DNA of 63,756 nucleotides, the filler included, from Octopus bimaculoides (lineage: Eukaryota), in NCBI RefSeq assembly GCF_001194135.2. It is 6 parts of 6 records of this genome, joined end to end, with 100 filler letters (N's around TTAATTAATTAA, not from the genome) between each part and the next. Parts side by side here need not be neighbours in the genome. Positions count along the whole stretch, not along the records: positions 9,112 to 20,629 come from NC_069004.1; positions 20,730 to 40,749 come from NC_068981.1; 4 more parts are not named here. One strand, 5' to 3'. The stretch's first letter is position 1. Each line of letters opens with the position of its first letter. The position numbers and the translations under genes are program-made. Shown here one piece after another: positions 9,403-21,785 of this stretch. The notes beneath the pieces are model-generated. The model had not been told where the DNA came from. It did not search any database and worked only from the letters and a program-made list of their open reading frames with translations.

Positions 9403-12045
9403 TGAAAAAATTATGGAAAAACCTGAATTCTTCCATAAGTTTAATGATTATGTGGGAAAGGGACTTGGGACCATGGGCTACATTTTTGGCCCCATGAATA
9501 AAATTGAAGAAAATTATGGAAAAACCTAAATTCCTCCATAAGTTTGATGATTATGTGAAAAAGGATTTATGGTCAAATTCCTTTGACTTGCAGACATGGC
9601 ACAAATGTAGCCCAATGATTTAAATTTTGGTAAAAATGAAAAATTTGGGCTTCCTCGTTGTCAGAGGTGGTGTTGAAAATGGGTGGAAATGAGTACTCAC
9701 TTCATTCCATATGGATACAAAGTTTTAAGCTTTGATCAAACACCCAAAGATATATGATGCAATATCTTATAATGAACTCACCTTGAAATTTTGAAAATGT
9801 ATCAAATCCAGAATATGTTGGATTTCATTATCAATATAATTTCAAACTTCAATAAGACTCACATCCTCTAAGTTGTTTAGATAAATAATAGTGACATTAG
9901 AAACCCCAAGAAAAGGTGCCACCAAAGAATAGACCTTCATTTGGAAGAAAGGCTCCTTAAGCTCTGGTAAAGTAGTTTACAAAGGCAGAATGAAACTGAA
10001 ATGCTGTGACAAGGAAGACTTCAAAAATAAAGAGAAAGAACAGCAAAATATAGACAAAATGAATCAGAAGAACAAAGATCTAAAAGGTTTGCTGATGAGA
10101 GGACAAGGAAAACCATTATTCATCAAGAGGAACCAGGTGTATACCAAAGAAGTAGAACAACACAAAATAGAGAGGAGATGTATACCAAAGAAGTAGAACA
10201 ACACAAAATAGAGAGGATAAATCAGATGTAGTGAGATCTCATCAAGACTTTGACAACAAATTGACAAGATGAATCGGATGAGCAACGCTCGAAGAGATTT
10301 ACTGATAATGAGATTAGGAAGAGAAATTATTAAGAAGTAGAATCAGAAACAAGAAAGTCATCAAGACTGCAAAGAGAGAGACACAGAGCAGCTCAAAGGC
10401 ATTTTAAAGAAACTGAAGCCCAATTAACTGAAAGCTTATGTGAACAGAAAGTAAGAAGAGAAGACTCACAATTTAAGAAGGTTGATGAGTGAATGGAATT
10501 TTGCTGGTTTTAGTTATAATCCACATCAAAATTCTGTCCCAGAGTCTTGAAGAAATTCAAATTTCCTCAATGAACAAGATTTGTTTGAATTGTGGTACTA
10601 AAAAATGGAATAGTGAGTCACCCAGATTGTGCTGATCAAAAGGAAAGATCCAGTTGAAACTATTACCTGAGGGGACTCCTGATTGGTACACCTACTGAAT
10701 CAAGATACTTCCTTTAAAATATCTGGAAGTACACAATAACGCTTTCCAGATGATATCATTTGGTGCAAATATCATCTATGAAGGCAGCTTTATGCCCACT
10801 TTCAGGTTCCAGGGCTAAGTGTATCATAGAATTGGACCACTTCAGCCACTTCCAGAAGAAGAACCAAAATATTTACAGCTGTATTTAATCAGTGATATGA
10901 AAACCCAAGCAGAGTGAAAGATAAGAAAAGAATAAAGACACAAAGAATGAAATTATATCGCAAGTAACAAAATGCTACATTCAAGAAACAGCTACTACAT
11001 TAGCTGTTTCAAAAAGCTTTAGAAAATGCATCAGTAGAAAAACTCAAAGTAATAAATATTTACAAGAAACCATCAGTAGAGCATTCTCGCTGCTATGATG
11101 CATTTTGATGCCATGAATTTGTTGATGTAATGACTGGAGAAGACTGCAGTAAATATAGCATTATCCTTCAAGGGAAGGATAATCAATTAAAGAAAATAAA
11201 TGAAGCACATCGCTCTTACGATGCTCTCCAATATCCTTTAATCTACACAAATGGATACCACTTTGGAATTTTGGATACCACCAGAAAGAATTAAGATCTG
11301 AGTCATTCATTCATTTATGTGATGGAATCAATAATGATGTTGCTGCTGAAGAAATTGGGGAGTTGTGCATCCTTCCATCCAGCTTTACTGGTAGTCTTAG
11401 ATGTATGCATGAAAGAACACAGGATGTTGAAACATATGTTAGGAACTTTGGCAGACCAGACCGGTACATAATTTTGACCTGTAATCCAAAGTTGAAAGAG
11501 ATTCAAAATGAATTGCTACCAAGTCAAACACAGGGCCTCACTTCTGGCATCTTCAAACTGAAAATCACCAAAATGATGGGTGTCATCACATGAGGAACTA
11601 CCTTTGGTTGGTCAGATGTCATATGTTCACTATTGAACAACAGAAACACAGATTACCCCATACACAAATTCTTACTTGGTTGCATGAAAAAATTCACTCT
11701 GATCAAACTGACAAAATAACATCTGCAGAGTTACCTGATCCCTCAAAAGACAGAGCATTGTTTGAAATACTGAAGACTCAAAAGAAGAATTCACCATGTA
11801 TGCACAAAGAACTATCCAGGAAGTTTTTTGAAGGACACTAAATTGGTGATGATGGATGTCCATTCCACAGAAGAAGAAAACATGGAGATAGAGAATTCCA
11901 AGCAAAACTCAGATAATTTGAAACTGACAATAGGTGGGTTGTTCCATATTGCCCATTATTACTCATTTTTGCCAGTGTGTGTTCAGACAACAGTTGACTG
12001 ATTGAATGCATACAAGGAACAAAGAAAAGTGATAGAGAAAAATGA
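9403..12045 (+). mobile_element. Helitron remnant; Rep (HUH) pseudogene about 10620-12040
   Basis: Frameshifted fragments NNAFQMISFG, YHRIGPLQPLPEEEPKYLQLY, RSYDALQYPL, LPSSFTGSLRCMHERTQD, YVRNFGRPD..LTCNP, FTIEQQKHRLPHTQIL (motif 2 HUH-like) and DNRWVVPYCPLL. K/E/R-rich N-terminal region upstream. Confidence 0.9.
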
Positions 12046-12125
12046 GTTTCAAATGAATGAATGAATGAATGAATGAATGAGTGTGTGTGTGTGTGTGTGC
12101 GTGTGTGTGTGTGTGCGTGTGTATA

Positions 12126-12956
12126 CAGAGTGTGATGAATAAATTGTCTAAATTAGGCAAAAATGAAAATAGCACCGGCATCTCATTTTAACAGATATAC
12201 CAAAATTACATAAAAATATCTTGAAATACTAAAGAGTAAATATGTTCAATGAAATCACCATTGGCTTCAACCACGGCCTCCAGATGACTTTGGAATCTCC
12301 TGCAATTCTTCTGGATAGTCCCCTTGTTTAAGTTGGTAAATGCTACCATAATCCTTGCCTTCAGTTCATCCTTGGTGTTATAAGGAGATTTGTTGGTCTC
12401 TCACTCAACTGCGCCCCACACATAATAATCAAGGGGGTTGTAGTCTGGGGAGTTAGGTGGCCAGACATTAGGAGTAATGTGGTTGCAGAAATTGTTTGAC
12501 AGCCATGACTGGTGCAGAGTTCTATTGTCAGATATAGGATCTTGTAGCAGCCACCCTCTTCACCCAGGTAACATTACCTCCCCCAGGCACTTGATGTAGG
12601 CCTCCGTGTTGAGTCTCAGGCTATGTGGGAACAGGAATGGAGGCATAAAACCACCATCACTAGTGATCACTCCAAACACCATGGTGTTGACTGGATGTTT
12701 GATTTTTATTACTCTCAGATTGACACCCAAACACTCTGAAATGTTCATATTGGAGCTTCCGGTACAAATACCAAGCAGTGCAGCATTTTGTTTCCAAATT
12801 TCTGGCAGAGTGAATTGCATCATGGTGCTGTTTTTTTTTCACAGATAGTGCCCAACTGACTCTACTATACTATGTAGTCAACAAAATTCAAAACAAACAA
12901 TGCACATGTGTGAAGCTAAAAATATAAAATGGCGACAATTTACCCATTGCACCCTG
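12126..12956 (-). mobile_element. Internally deleted Tc1/mariner element of maT (DD37D-like) type with both TIRs and TA TSD
   Basis: TIRs CAGAGTGTGATGAATAAATTGTC / CAGGGTGCAATGGGTAAATTGTC, each flanked by TA. Minus strand encodes KHPVNTMVFGVITSDG.FMPPFLFPHSLRLNTEAYIKCL and HITPNVWPPNSPDYNPLDYYVWGAVE. Confidence 0.88.
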
Positions 12957-13539
12957 TATATGTAAATATATGTGTGTGAGTGTGTGTCTGTGTGTGCGTG
13001 CGTGTGTATAAATGCATATATTGATTTTTTAAATATATGTTTAGAAAATTTATGATCTGACATATACTGTTGCCATTTTGTTTAAAGATAATACTCAGAG
13101 ATCGAAATACAACCATATGAAACAGAGCTTAAACAGAATTTCAAACAGGAGAGAGGTAAGTAGGGGAGGAGGTGTTTCAAGTCAAACATTTGTTTCCAGC
13201 TGAGTGAAAAACAAAAAGAGTTTTAAAAAAATTAAAAAAACAAAAAGATTGATTTATTTTAACTATATTTTCTTATAAGGAATAATGGCAGTAACAAAAA
13301 AATATATACATATCAATGTAGATATAAATAAAATAAAAAGACATAAATCAAAATCTCATAAATAAAGAAAAAAGGAGAAGGGAAAAAAAGAGAAAACTTC
13401 CTTTTTGATGTTTGCAATAATGTTCAATTTGACAAATGAGATAATTAACAAATGTTTGAGGTTGAGTCCGAAAGCTAAAGCAAAAGCTAAGCTGTAAGTA
13501 ACTACAGCTGCAACAGTCTGAGAAAGGATTAAAGAATGG

Positions 13540-13925
13540 TGGCTTCAAACCATTAAAACAGGAGAAGAGAGGAAATTCCAAAGCGCCAATATCCTAGGAA
13601 AGAAGGACAGGACTAATCCTTTTGTTAGCGTATTTCTTTTGAAATAAATTTCTTCTGTTTCAATTAATTTTGAAAAATAAAACAAAAATTAATAAAATAA
13701 CTTTCTCATTATTAAGCTGGTGTTTAGAACATAAATTAACATGAAAGATTTTAAAATCACTTTAGTGTTGTACCACACGGCCAAGAGTGGGTTAGTATCA
13801 GAAGCAATAGCAGAGGAGAGATGAGTGAGGGCTACAGGATGGAACCAGCAAGCCACTAAAGGGCATAGGCAAAAAAAGGCAGAGAGAAGTCCCAGCCTAG
13901 GGAACATCCAAAAAAGAAAATAGCA
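13540..13925 (-). pseudogene. Possible CR1/L2/Jockey-type LINE C-terminal remnant interrupted by a MITE fragment
   Basis: Minus strand SFFPRILALWNFL resembles the SFFPRT..LWNSLP LINE end motif. Upstream CYFLFGCS. Interrupted at 13613-13772. Confidence 0.35.
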
Positions 13926-14029
13926 TTTGAGTGAGTGTGTGAGACAAGACTGTTATATTGAGACACTTATTCCTACACACAGAGTGACGAACATGATTGT
14001 AGAAACATACCGTCACAGCACATTCCCTA

Positions 14030-14390
14030 TACAGCTACTTTTACCTTTTCTTTTGTTTATTTCAGTCATTGGACTGTGGCCATGCTGGAGCACCACCTCG
14101 AAGGGTTAAATCTTGTACTTATTAGTCTCTTTTGCCGAACTGCAAAGTTATGGGAACATAAACAAACCGACACTGATTGTCAAACAGTCGTGAAGACAGA
14201 CAGACATACATAAAGAACTATTTTCAGTTTTGATCAACCAAAGCCACTCACAAGGCTGAGGTCAGTCTGAGACTATTGTAAAAGACAATTGCCCCAAGGT
14301 GCTGCACAGTGGGGCTGAAACCAAAACCACATGTTTACAAAGTGATCTTCTTAACCATACAGCAATGCCAGTACTAACTACCAAACAATT
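14030..14390 (-). mobile_element. SINE family A
   Basis: Tail TTCAGTCATTGGACTGTGGCCATGCTGGAGCACC and head CCCAAGGTGCTGCACAGTGGG.CTGAAACC. Confidence 0.8.
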
Positions 14391-14421
14391 TAACATATCT
14401 CTCACAATCCATTGCCTACAC

Positions 14422-14652
14422 CAGTGTTTCCCAATCACTTTTTACTTATGGACCCTCTGACTCCTATTTTATTCTACTTGACCCCTATGGCCATTTGATG
14501 TTTTAAAAAATCCTATTCTATTTTTGATAGTTAAATATTATTAGGAACAAAAATTGTTAAAATATTTTGTGCACTCTTGAAGTTTATCTAATTTATTGCA
14601 CATAAATTTTAACAAGCAAAGATCTTATATTGACCCCAGTTGAGAATCACTG
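14422..14652. mobile_element. hAT (Charlie-like) MITE; truncated relative at 20111-20195
   Basis: TIRs CAGTGTTTCCCAA / TTGAGAATCACTG. The second copy is preceded by GTCTAGAC, a Charlie-type target. Confidence 0.7.
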
Positions 14653-15061
14653 GTCTGAGTCAATCAGCACAGAATACTAAAATACACAATGCAACCCACA
14701 CAACATACACCAATCACTAATCAAACAAACACACTGAATATATTATGCACTCAGCGATATATAATTAATTCAAAATCAGAAAACTGACCTGATGGGGGTA
14801 GGGAGAGAATAAAAGACTTGCTTATTGTTCTTTCTTCTCTTTCTTTTTGATATTTTCTGTCAGAATGGTCAAAGGTTCGAACTGAGTGGGTAGGGGACTA
14901 AAAGAATAAGCGAATAACAGAAAACTTCAAATTCTATTCAGTCATCCATGACAAAAAGATTTTGGCTCAGATGACAGCAATTATGACTAATATCTTATGT
15001 TGATTTACAATACAGCTTCATTTCATTGAAGTGTGTATTACTTAGGTGTGTTTGTGTGTGT

Positions 15062-15210
15062 GTATTGGTAAAAAATTTGCTTCCCAACCATATGGTTCCG
15101 AGTTCAGTCCCACTGCATGGCACCTTAGGCAAGTATCTTCTACTATGGCCTCGGGCCAACTAAAGCCTTATGAGTGGATTTGGTAGACGGAAACTGAAAG
15201 AAGCCTGTCA
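15062..15210 (+). mobile_element. SINE family A head running into (TA)n and an assembly gap
   Basis: GCTTCCCAACCATATGGTTCCGAGTTCAGTCCCACTGCATGGCACCTTAGGCAAG...GTAGACGGAAACTGAAAGAAGCC. Confidence 0.85.
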
Positions 15211-16149
15211 TATATATATATATATATATATATATANNNNNNNNNNNNNNNNNNNNNNNNNNNNNNNNNNNNNNNNNNNNNNNNNNNNNNNNNNNNNNNN
15301 NNNNNNNNNNNNNNNNNNNNNNNNNNNNNNNNNNNNNNNNNNNNNNNNNNNNNNNNNNNNNNNNNNNNNNNNNNNNNNNNNNNNNNNNNNNNNNNNNNNN
15401 NNNNNNNNNNNNNNNNNNNNNNNNNNNNNNNNNNNNNNNNNNNNNNNNNNNNNNNNNNNNNNNNNNNNNNNNNNNNNNNNNNNNNNNNNNNNNNNNNNNN
15501 NNNNNNNNNNNNNNNNNNNNNNNNNNNNNNNNNNNNNNNNNNNNNNNNNNNNNNNNNNNNNNNNNNNNNNNNNNNNNNNNNNNNNNNNNNNNNNNNNNNN
15601 NNNNNNNNNNNNNNNNNNNNNNNNNNNNNNNNNNNNNNNNNNNNNNNNNNNNNNNNNNNNNNNNNNNNNNNNNNNNNNNNNNNNNNNNNNNNNNNNNNNN
15701 NNNNNNNNNNNNNNNNNNNNNNNNNNNNNNNNNNNNNNNNNNNNNNNNNNNNNNNNNNNNNNNNNNNNNNNNNNNNNNNNNNNNNNNNNNNNNNNNNNNN
15801 NNNNNNNNNNNNNNNNNNNNNNNTATATATATATATATATGTATATACACATGCATGCGCACAGACACAGACTCATATATATAGTTAAAATGAACACAGA
15901 ATGCCAGTTAATAATGCCAGTCGTTATGTACATTTCATTAATCTTTTAAAAAGCATCACAATCAGGTTGAAAAAGTTTGAAATATGAAATCAATTGAAAG
16001 TCAAATCCTGCCCCTTATCCAGCAGAGAACGATGGGGCAACAAAACAGAACTGATAACAGATGTAATAAATAATAGATAACATCAAATGATAACCCAGTG
16101 ATCAAGGAAAAACTACAAAAAGTATGTAAATAAAAAAAAAGCCTCAGAT

Positions 16150-16485
16150 TATCTTTTATCTTTTACTTGTTTCAGTCATCAGAATATGGCCATGCTGGGA
16201 CACCGCCTTGAAGAATTTTTAATTCAATGAATCGACTCTAATACTTTTTTTTTTCTTAAAAGCCTGGTACTTACTCTATCAAAGTCTTTTGTCAAACTGC
16301 TAAGTTGTGGGGACAAGAACACCAATACTGGTTGTCAAGCAGTGGAGTGGAGGGACAAACACATACCCACACACAGGCTTCTTTTGGTTTCCATCTACTA
16401 AATCCATTCACAAAGCTTTGGTTGGTCCAAGGCTGTAGTAGAAGACATTTGCCCAAGATAGCATGCGGTGGTACAAAACAAACTA
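16150..16485 (-). mobile_element. SINE family A
   Basis: Family-A tail (TTTTATCTTTTACTTGTTTCAGTCAT) and head motifs. Confidence 0.8.
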
Positions 16486-16904
16486 CACTTTTCACTCTCC
16501 ACCCATTTGCATAACTATTGATATATCTGTAGACTCACCTACAAACCTAGCTACCTACCTACGTATCTACCTGGCTGTCTGTGGAAGTAACCATCATATC
16601 TACTTTCCCTTCTGGCAATGTGTGTATGTGTTTGCTTTCATTATACTGATAAACATTTAAACTTAATAACAAAAATAGATTAATTATGGCAGTGCCCTAG
16701 CATGGCCACAGGTTTTGGTACTATCATCAGTGCTTCTTACATACACCATTACTGGTGTTTTATGTGGTACTAGCTAGCACCCACACTAATACTTTTTATG
16801 TGGCACCTTGGTTTCGGTGGTCAGGTTTCCTTGAGTACAGCAATGCACTACATATCACAGTCCTCTGTCATCTCCTTTGTAAAGCTCAGCATTTTGAGAT
16901 CAGT

Positions 16905-17711
16905 CTTCAATAAAATAAGCACCAGTTGAGCAGTGAGTGCCAATGTAATCGACTTAGCTCCTTCCCCAAAACTGCTCCCCTTGTGCCAAAATTTGAAACA
17001 TTATTATTATTATTATTAAGGCAGCAAGCTGGCAGAATTGTTAGCATTCTGGGTAAAATGTTTGGCAGCATTTCATCCATCTTTACATTGTGAGTTCAAA
17101 CTTCACCAAGGTCAACTTTACCAGTCATCCTTTCAGAGTTGATAAATAAGTACTAGTTGAGCACTGAGGGTGATGTAATTGACTTACCCTGCCCCCCAAG
17201 ATCGCTGGCCTTGTGCCAAAACTTGAAACCATTATTATTATTATTATTATTAACATGGTAAGCTGGCAGAATCGTTAGCATGCTGGGAAAAACGCTTTGC
17301 AGCATTTGGTCCGTCCTTACATTCCGAGTTCAAATTCCGCCAAGGTCGACTTTACTTTTCATCCTTTTGGGGTCGATAAGTACCAGTCACACACTGGGTC
17401 GAGGTAATCAACTAACCCTAACCCTCTCACTTCCCCAAAGTTTCAGGCTTTGTGCCTATAGTAGAAAGGATCATTATTATTATTGTATCAGATAAAATGC
17501 CTTTGAGTATTTGTTCTGACTCTTTACATTTTGAGTTCAAATCCAGCAAAGGTCAATTTTACCTTTCATCCTTAAAGGTTCAATAAAATAAAATACCAGT
17601 CAAGAACTAAGATTGATGTGATTGACTCATCCCCACTTCCAACAAAATTACTGGCCTTGTACCTATATTAGAAACAATTATCATTGTTGTTGTTACTAAA
17701 ACTACTACTAT

Positions 17712-17778
<67 letters not shown>

Positions 17779-18248
17779 AATCTTGCACACCAAATACACA
17801 TACAAAGTAATAATAATCCTTTCTACTAAAGGCAGAAGGTCTGAAATTCCGGGGGTGGGGGGCACTTGCCAAGTAGATCGACCTAGTATGCAACTGGTAC
17901 TGGTACTTAATTTATCAACCCTGAAAGGATGAAAGTAAAGCTGACTTCAGCGGAACTCAGAACGTAACGACAAACAAAACAGTTAAGCTTTTCATCCAGC
18001 ATGCTAACAATTCTTCCAGCTTAAACTAATAATAATCCTTTCTACTGGAGGCACAAGGCCTCAAATTTGTGGGGAGGGGACTAGTCGATTACATTGACCC
18101 CAGTGTTTCACTGGTACTTATTTTATCATCCCCGAAAAGATGAAAGGCAAAGTTGACCTTGGCAGAATTTGAACTCAGAACGCAAAGATGGGCAAAATTC
18201 TGGTAAGCATTTTGCCTGGCATACTAACAATTCTGCCAGCTGGCTGCC

Positions 18249-18335
<87 letters not shown>

Positions 18336-18545
18336 GTTTCAAATTTTTCCACAAGGGCAGCAGGTTTGGGGGAGGGGACAAGTTGATTACATCAATCCCA
18401 GCATTTCGTTGGTACTTAGTTTATTGACCCCAAAAGGTTGAAAGGTACAGTTGACCTCAGCAGAATTTGAACTCAGAATGCAGCGGCAGACAAAATACTG
18501 CTAAGCATTTCACCCGGCACGCTAACGATTCTGCCAGCTTGCCAC
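16905..18545. mobile_element. Convergent SINE-B array: plus-strand copies (16905-17012 partial, 17018-17250, 17254-17485, 17490-17685) facing minus-strand copies (17812-18025, 18030-18245, 18330-18545)
   Basis: Each unit has head, Meta-like core and tail. Units are separated by (ATT/AAT)n. The centre is a compound (GTT)(ACT)(AAG) microsatellite. Confidence 0.85.
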
Positions 18546-19019
18546 AAGAAGAAGAAGAAGAAGAAGAAGAAGAAGAACAACAACAACAACAACAACAACA
18601 ATGATATGAATGTGAAAGAAAAAAAAATTGTTAGAAGAAAGAGAAAATGAAAAAATTGTAAAATATAAGAGAAGATGTAGCGGATGAGAAAAAGACTAAG
18701 AAGAAGAAGGAGAGAAAGAATAATATGAGAAAACTGTATGTTTCAAATGATGAGTTTTGTTTTTTGAAATTTCTGCATGTTTTTTGTTTTTTTTCTTGGG
18801 AGAAAGATTATCATTTGCAATGTAACTAAATGATTAAATTTCCATTTTCAGTTTAGTTCATGCTGAAAGAGGGGAGACAGAAACATCAAGTATTTCACTA
18901 AACTTCTACTTCAATTGAACATTATCATTGTTTAAGTCAAAAATAGCTTTTATATTCAGCTTTGTCCTATTATTTTAAATTCAATTTCATTTTATTAACT
19001 TACTCTTCATTTATTCTTA

Positions 19020-19955
19020 TTTATTTTCTTCCCTTTTATCTTTCATTTATTTCAGTCATTTGACTACGGCCATACTGGGGAACAACCTTGAAGGGTTAAG
19101 TCGAACAAGACAACATAGTATTTTTTTAAAGTCTGATCAGGGCTTAGTGGTCAGGATAATTGGCTCACGATCGTAAGGTCAGGAGTTCGACTCCTGGTGG
19201 CACATTGTGTCCTTGAGCAAAGCACTTTATTTCACATTGCTCCAATCCACTCAGCTGGCAAACATGAGTAGTACCTGTAATTGAAAGGGCCAGCCTTGTC
19301 ACATTTTGTGTCACACTGAATCTCCCCGAGAACGTTAAGGGTACTCGTCTCTGTGGAATGCTCAGCCACTTGCCTGTTAATTTCATGAATAGGCTGTCCT
19401 GCTGATTGGATCAACTGGAACCCTCGTCATCATAACTGACGGAGTGTCACACACTTATTCTATTGGTCTCTTTTGGTGAACCACTACTTTAAAACAGATG
19501 TAAGCAATTTAACACTGGTTGTCAAATAATGGGGGGAGGGGACAAACACATCACAAATGCAAGGACACATGTATATATGTGCGGGTGACACGTAAAAGCA
19601 CGTGCAGGTGGCACGTAAAAGCACCTACTACACTCTTGGAGTGGTTGGCATTAGGAAGGGCATCCAGCTGTAGAAACTGCCAAATCAGATTGGAACCTGG
19701 TGCAGCCATCTGGTTCGCCGGTCCTCAGTCAAATCGTCCAACCCATGCTAGCATGGAAAGCGGACGTTAAACGATGATGATGATGATGATGATGATGATG
19801 ACAGTTTTCTTTCAGTTTCCATCTACCAAATTCACTCACAAGGCTTCAGTCAGCCCAGAACTATAGTGCAAGACACTCGCCCAAGGTGCTGCGCAGTGGG
19901 ACTGAACCCAAGACCACAAGTTTGGGAAGCAAGCTTCTTAACCACACAGCCACAC
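19020..19955 (-). mobile_element. SINE-A split by two later insertions (SINE-C2 19137-19452 +; RTE 3' tail 19585-19800 +)
   Basis: Family-A tail 19020-19135, middle 19455-19570 and head 19805-19955 are collinear once the inserts are removed. Confidence 0.75.
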
Positions 19956-20189
19956 TAGTGTGTCTCATCATCTCTTCAATACCTTCAGTTGATCGTCAGC
20001 GAGAGATCCACAATGTGTCATTAAACAACAACCCAACTGTTTTCACCATTGATCTCTATCAATGTCAAACTCACCAGCTTCAATAAATCTAACATTGCAT
20101 CTGTCTAGACCAGTGATTCTCAGCCACCTTTTGCCAATGGAGCCCTTTGGATTTCTATTTTACTCAGGTGGACCCTCATAGCCAGTCAA

Positions 20190-20420
20190 TTCTTGTATTC
20201 TTGTATTTGTTTCAGTCATTTGACTGTGGCCATGCTGGAGCACTGTCTTTAGTTGAACTAATCGATCCTAGGACTTATTCTTTGTAAGCCTAGAACTTAT
20301 TCTAACAGTCTCTTTTGCTGAACTGCTAAGTTACGGGGACATAAACACACCAACATCGGTTGTCAAGCGATGGTGGGGGGACAAACACAGACACACAAAT
20401 ACATAAATACACACACACAC
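20190..20420 (-). mobile_element. SINE-A 3' half followed by (CA)-rich expansion
   Basis: Tail and CATCGGTTGTCAAGCGATGGTGGGGG block nearly identical to the 39859-40288 copy. Confidence 0.8.
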
Positions 20421-20729
20421 ACATATATATATATATCACACAGACACGCATACAATCATACATACATGGGCATAAACAACACACGCATATACAATAGCAA
20501 ACGCACGCACACACACGTACACAGCAACGCACATACACACAAACACACACGCACGCACAGAAAACATACACATACACACACGCGCACGTACAAAATACAC
20601 ACACACACGTACACGTACCTAACACCGACNNNNNNNNNNNNNNNNNNNNNNNNNNNNNNNNNNNNNNNNNNNNTTAATTAATTAANNNNNNNNNNNNNNN
20701 NNNNNNNNNNNNNNNNNNNNNNNNNNNNN

Positions 20730-20937
20730 GCGTGGCCGTTTTCGTGCGGGTGACACGTAAAAGCACCCACTACACTCTCTGAGTGGTTGGCGTTAGGAAG
20801 GGCATCCAGCTGTAGAAACTCTGCTAAATTAGATTGGAGCCTGGTGTTGCCATCCGGTTTCACCAGTCCTCAGTCAAATCGTCCAACCCATGCTAGCATG
20901 GAAAGCAGACGTTAAACGATGATGATGATGATGATGA
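20730..20937 (+). mobile_element. RTE LINE 3' tail (others at 19585-19800, 23505-23720, 38490-38787)
   Basis: GGCACGTAAAAGCACC...GGAAGGGCATCCAGCTGTAGAAAC...CCAACCCATGCTAGCATGGAAAGC.GACGTTAAACGATGATG matches the 3' UTR of the RTE at 37245-37438. Confidence 0.85.
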
Positions 20938-20949
20938 TATATATATTTT

Positions 20950-21143
20950 TTTATTGTCCACAGGGGCTAAATATAGAAGGAACAAACAAGGACAAACAAA
21001 GCGATTAAATCGATTACATCGACCCTGAAAGGATGAAAGGCAAAGTCAACCTCGGTGGAATTTGAACTCAGAATGTAATGGTAGATGAAATACCGCTAAG
21101 CATTTTGCCCGGCATGCTAACGATTCTGCCAGCTCGCCGCCGA
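20950..21143 (-). mobile_element. SINE-B (alternative tail)
   Basis: Head CGGCGAGCTGGCAGAATCGTTAGCATGCCGGG on the minus strand; tail type as at 6840-6897. Confidence 0.8.
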
Positions 21144-21149
21144 TATATG

Positions 21150-21240
21150 GCCAATCAGTTGAGGAGGTACGCCTCGCAGCTCCAGAATCCTCCAAAGCAC
21201 ATTCCTGTCCACTGAGTCGAATGGACATCCAGCCATGGGA
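21150..21240 (-). pseudogene. Short RT-domain fragment of an RTE/L2-type LINE
   Basis: FDSVDRNVLWRILELRGVPPQLIGHI matches the AFDSV.R..LW..L...G.P RT motif. Confidence 0.55.
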
Positions 21241-21394
21241 ACCATGCCATTGCAGATAATGGGGTATAATGCAGTCCTTGGGGATCCATTGGATTCTGTC
21301 AGATTGTTCAACCCCTGCCAGTTTGGAATATGGATGTGAAATGATGCTGATGAGGTGGAGGAGGAGACAAACTTGTTTTCTTGAGGAAATCTTT

Positions 21395-21594
21395 TACTTG
21401 TTTTACCTTGAAGAATTTTTAATTGACTGAACTGACCCCAGTATTTCCCTTTTTTTTTTTTTTTTTTAAAGCCTGGTACTTTTTCTACTGGTCACTTTTG
21501 ACAAATCAAAGTTATGAGGACATAAACACACCAACACTAGTTGTCAAGCGGGGGTGGGGGCACATGTACACATGTGTGTGTGTGTGTGTGTGTG

Positions 21595-21626
<32 letters not shown>

Positions 21627-21785
21627 ACAGGCTTCTTTCAATTTCCATCTACTGTATCTTGCTCACAAGGCTTTGGTTGGCCCAAGGCTATAGCAGAAGA
21701 TACTTGCCCAAAGTGTCACACAGTTTGGTGGGACTGAACCCAGACCCACGAGGTTGGGAAGCAAGCTTCTTACCACACCACACTT
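21395..21785 (-). mobile_element. SINE family A
   Basis: Family-A middle and head with internal (GT)(CA) microsatellite. Confidence 0.75.

Noticed and set aside
9990-10196. K/E/Q-rich ORF as host gene
   Set aside because: Lies in the Helitron N-terminal region upstream of the Rep remnant.
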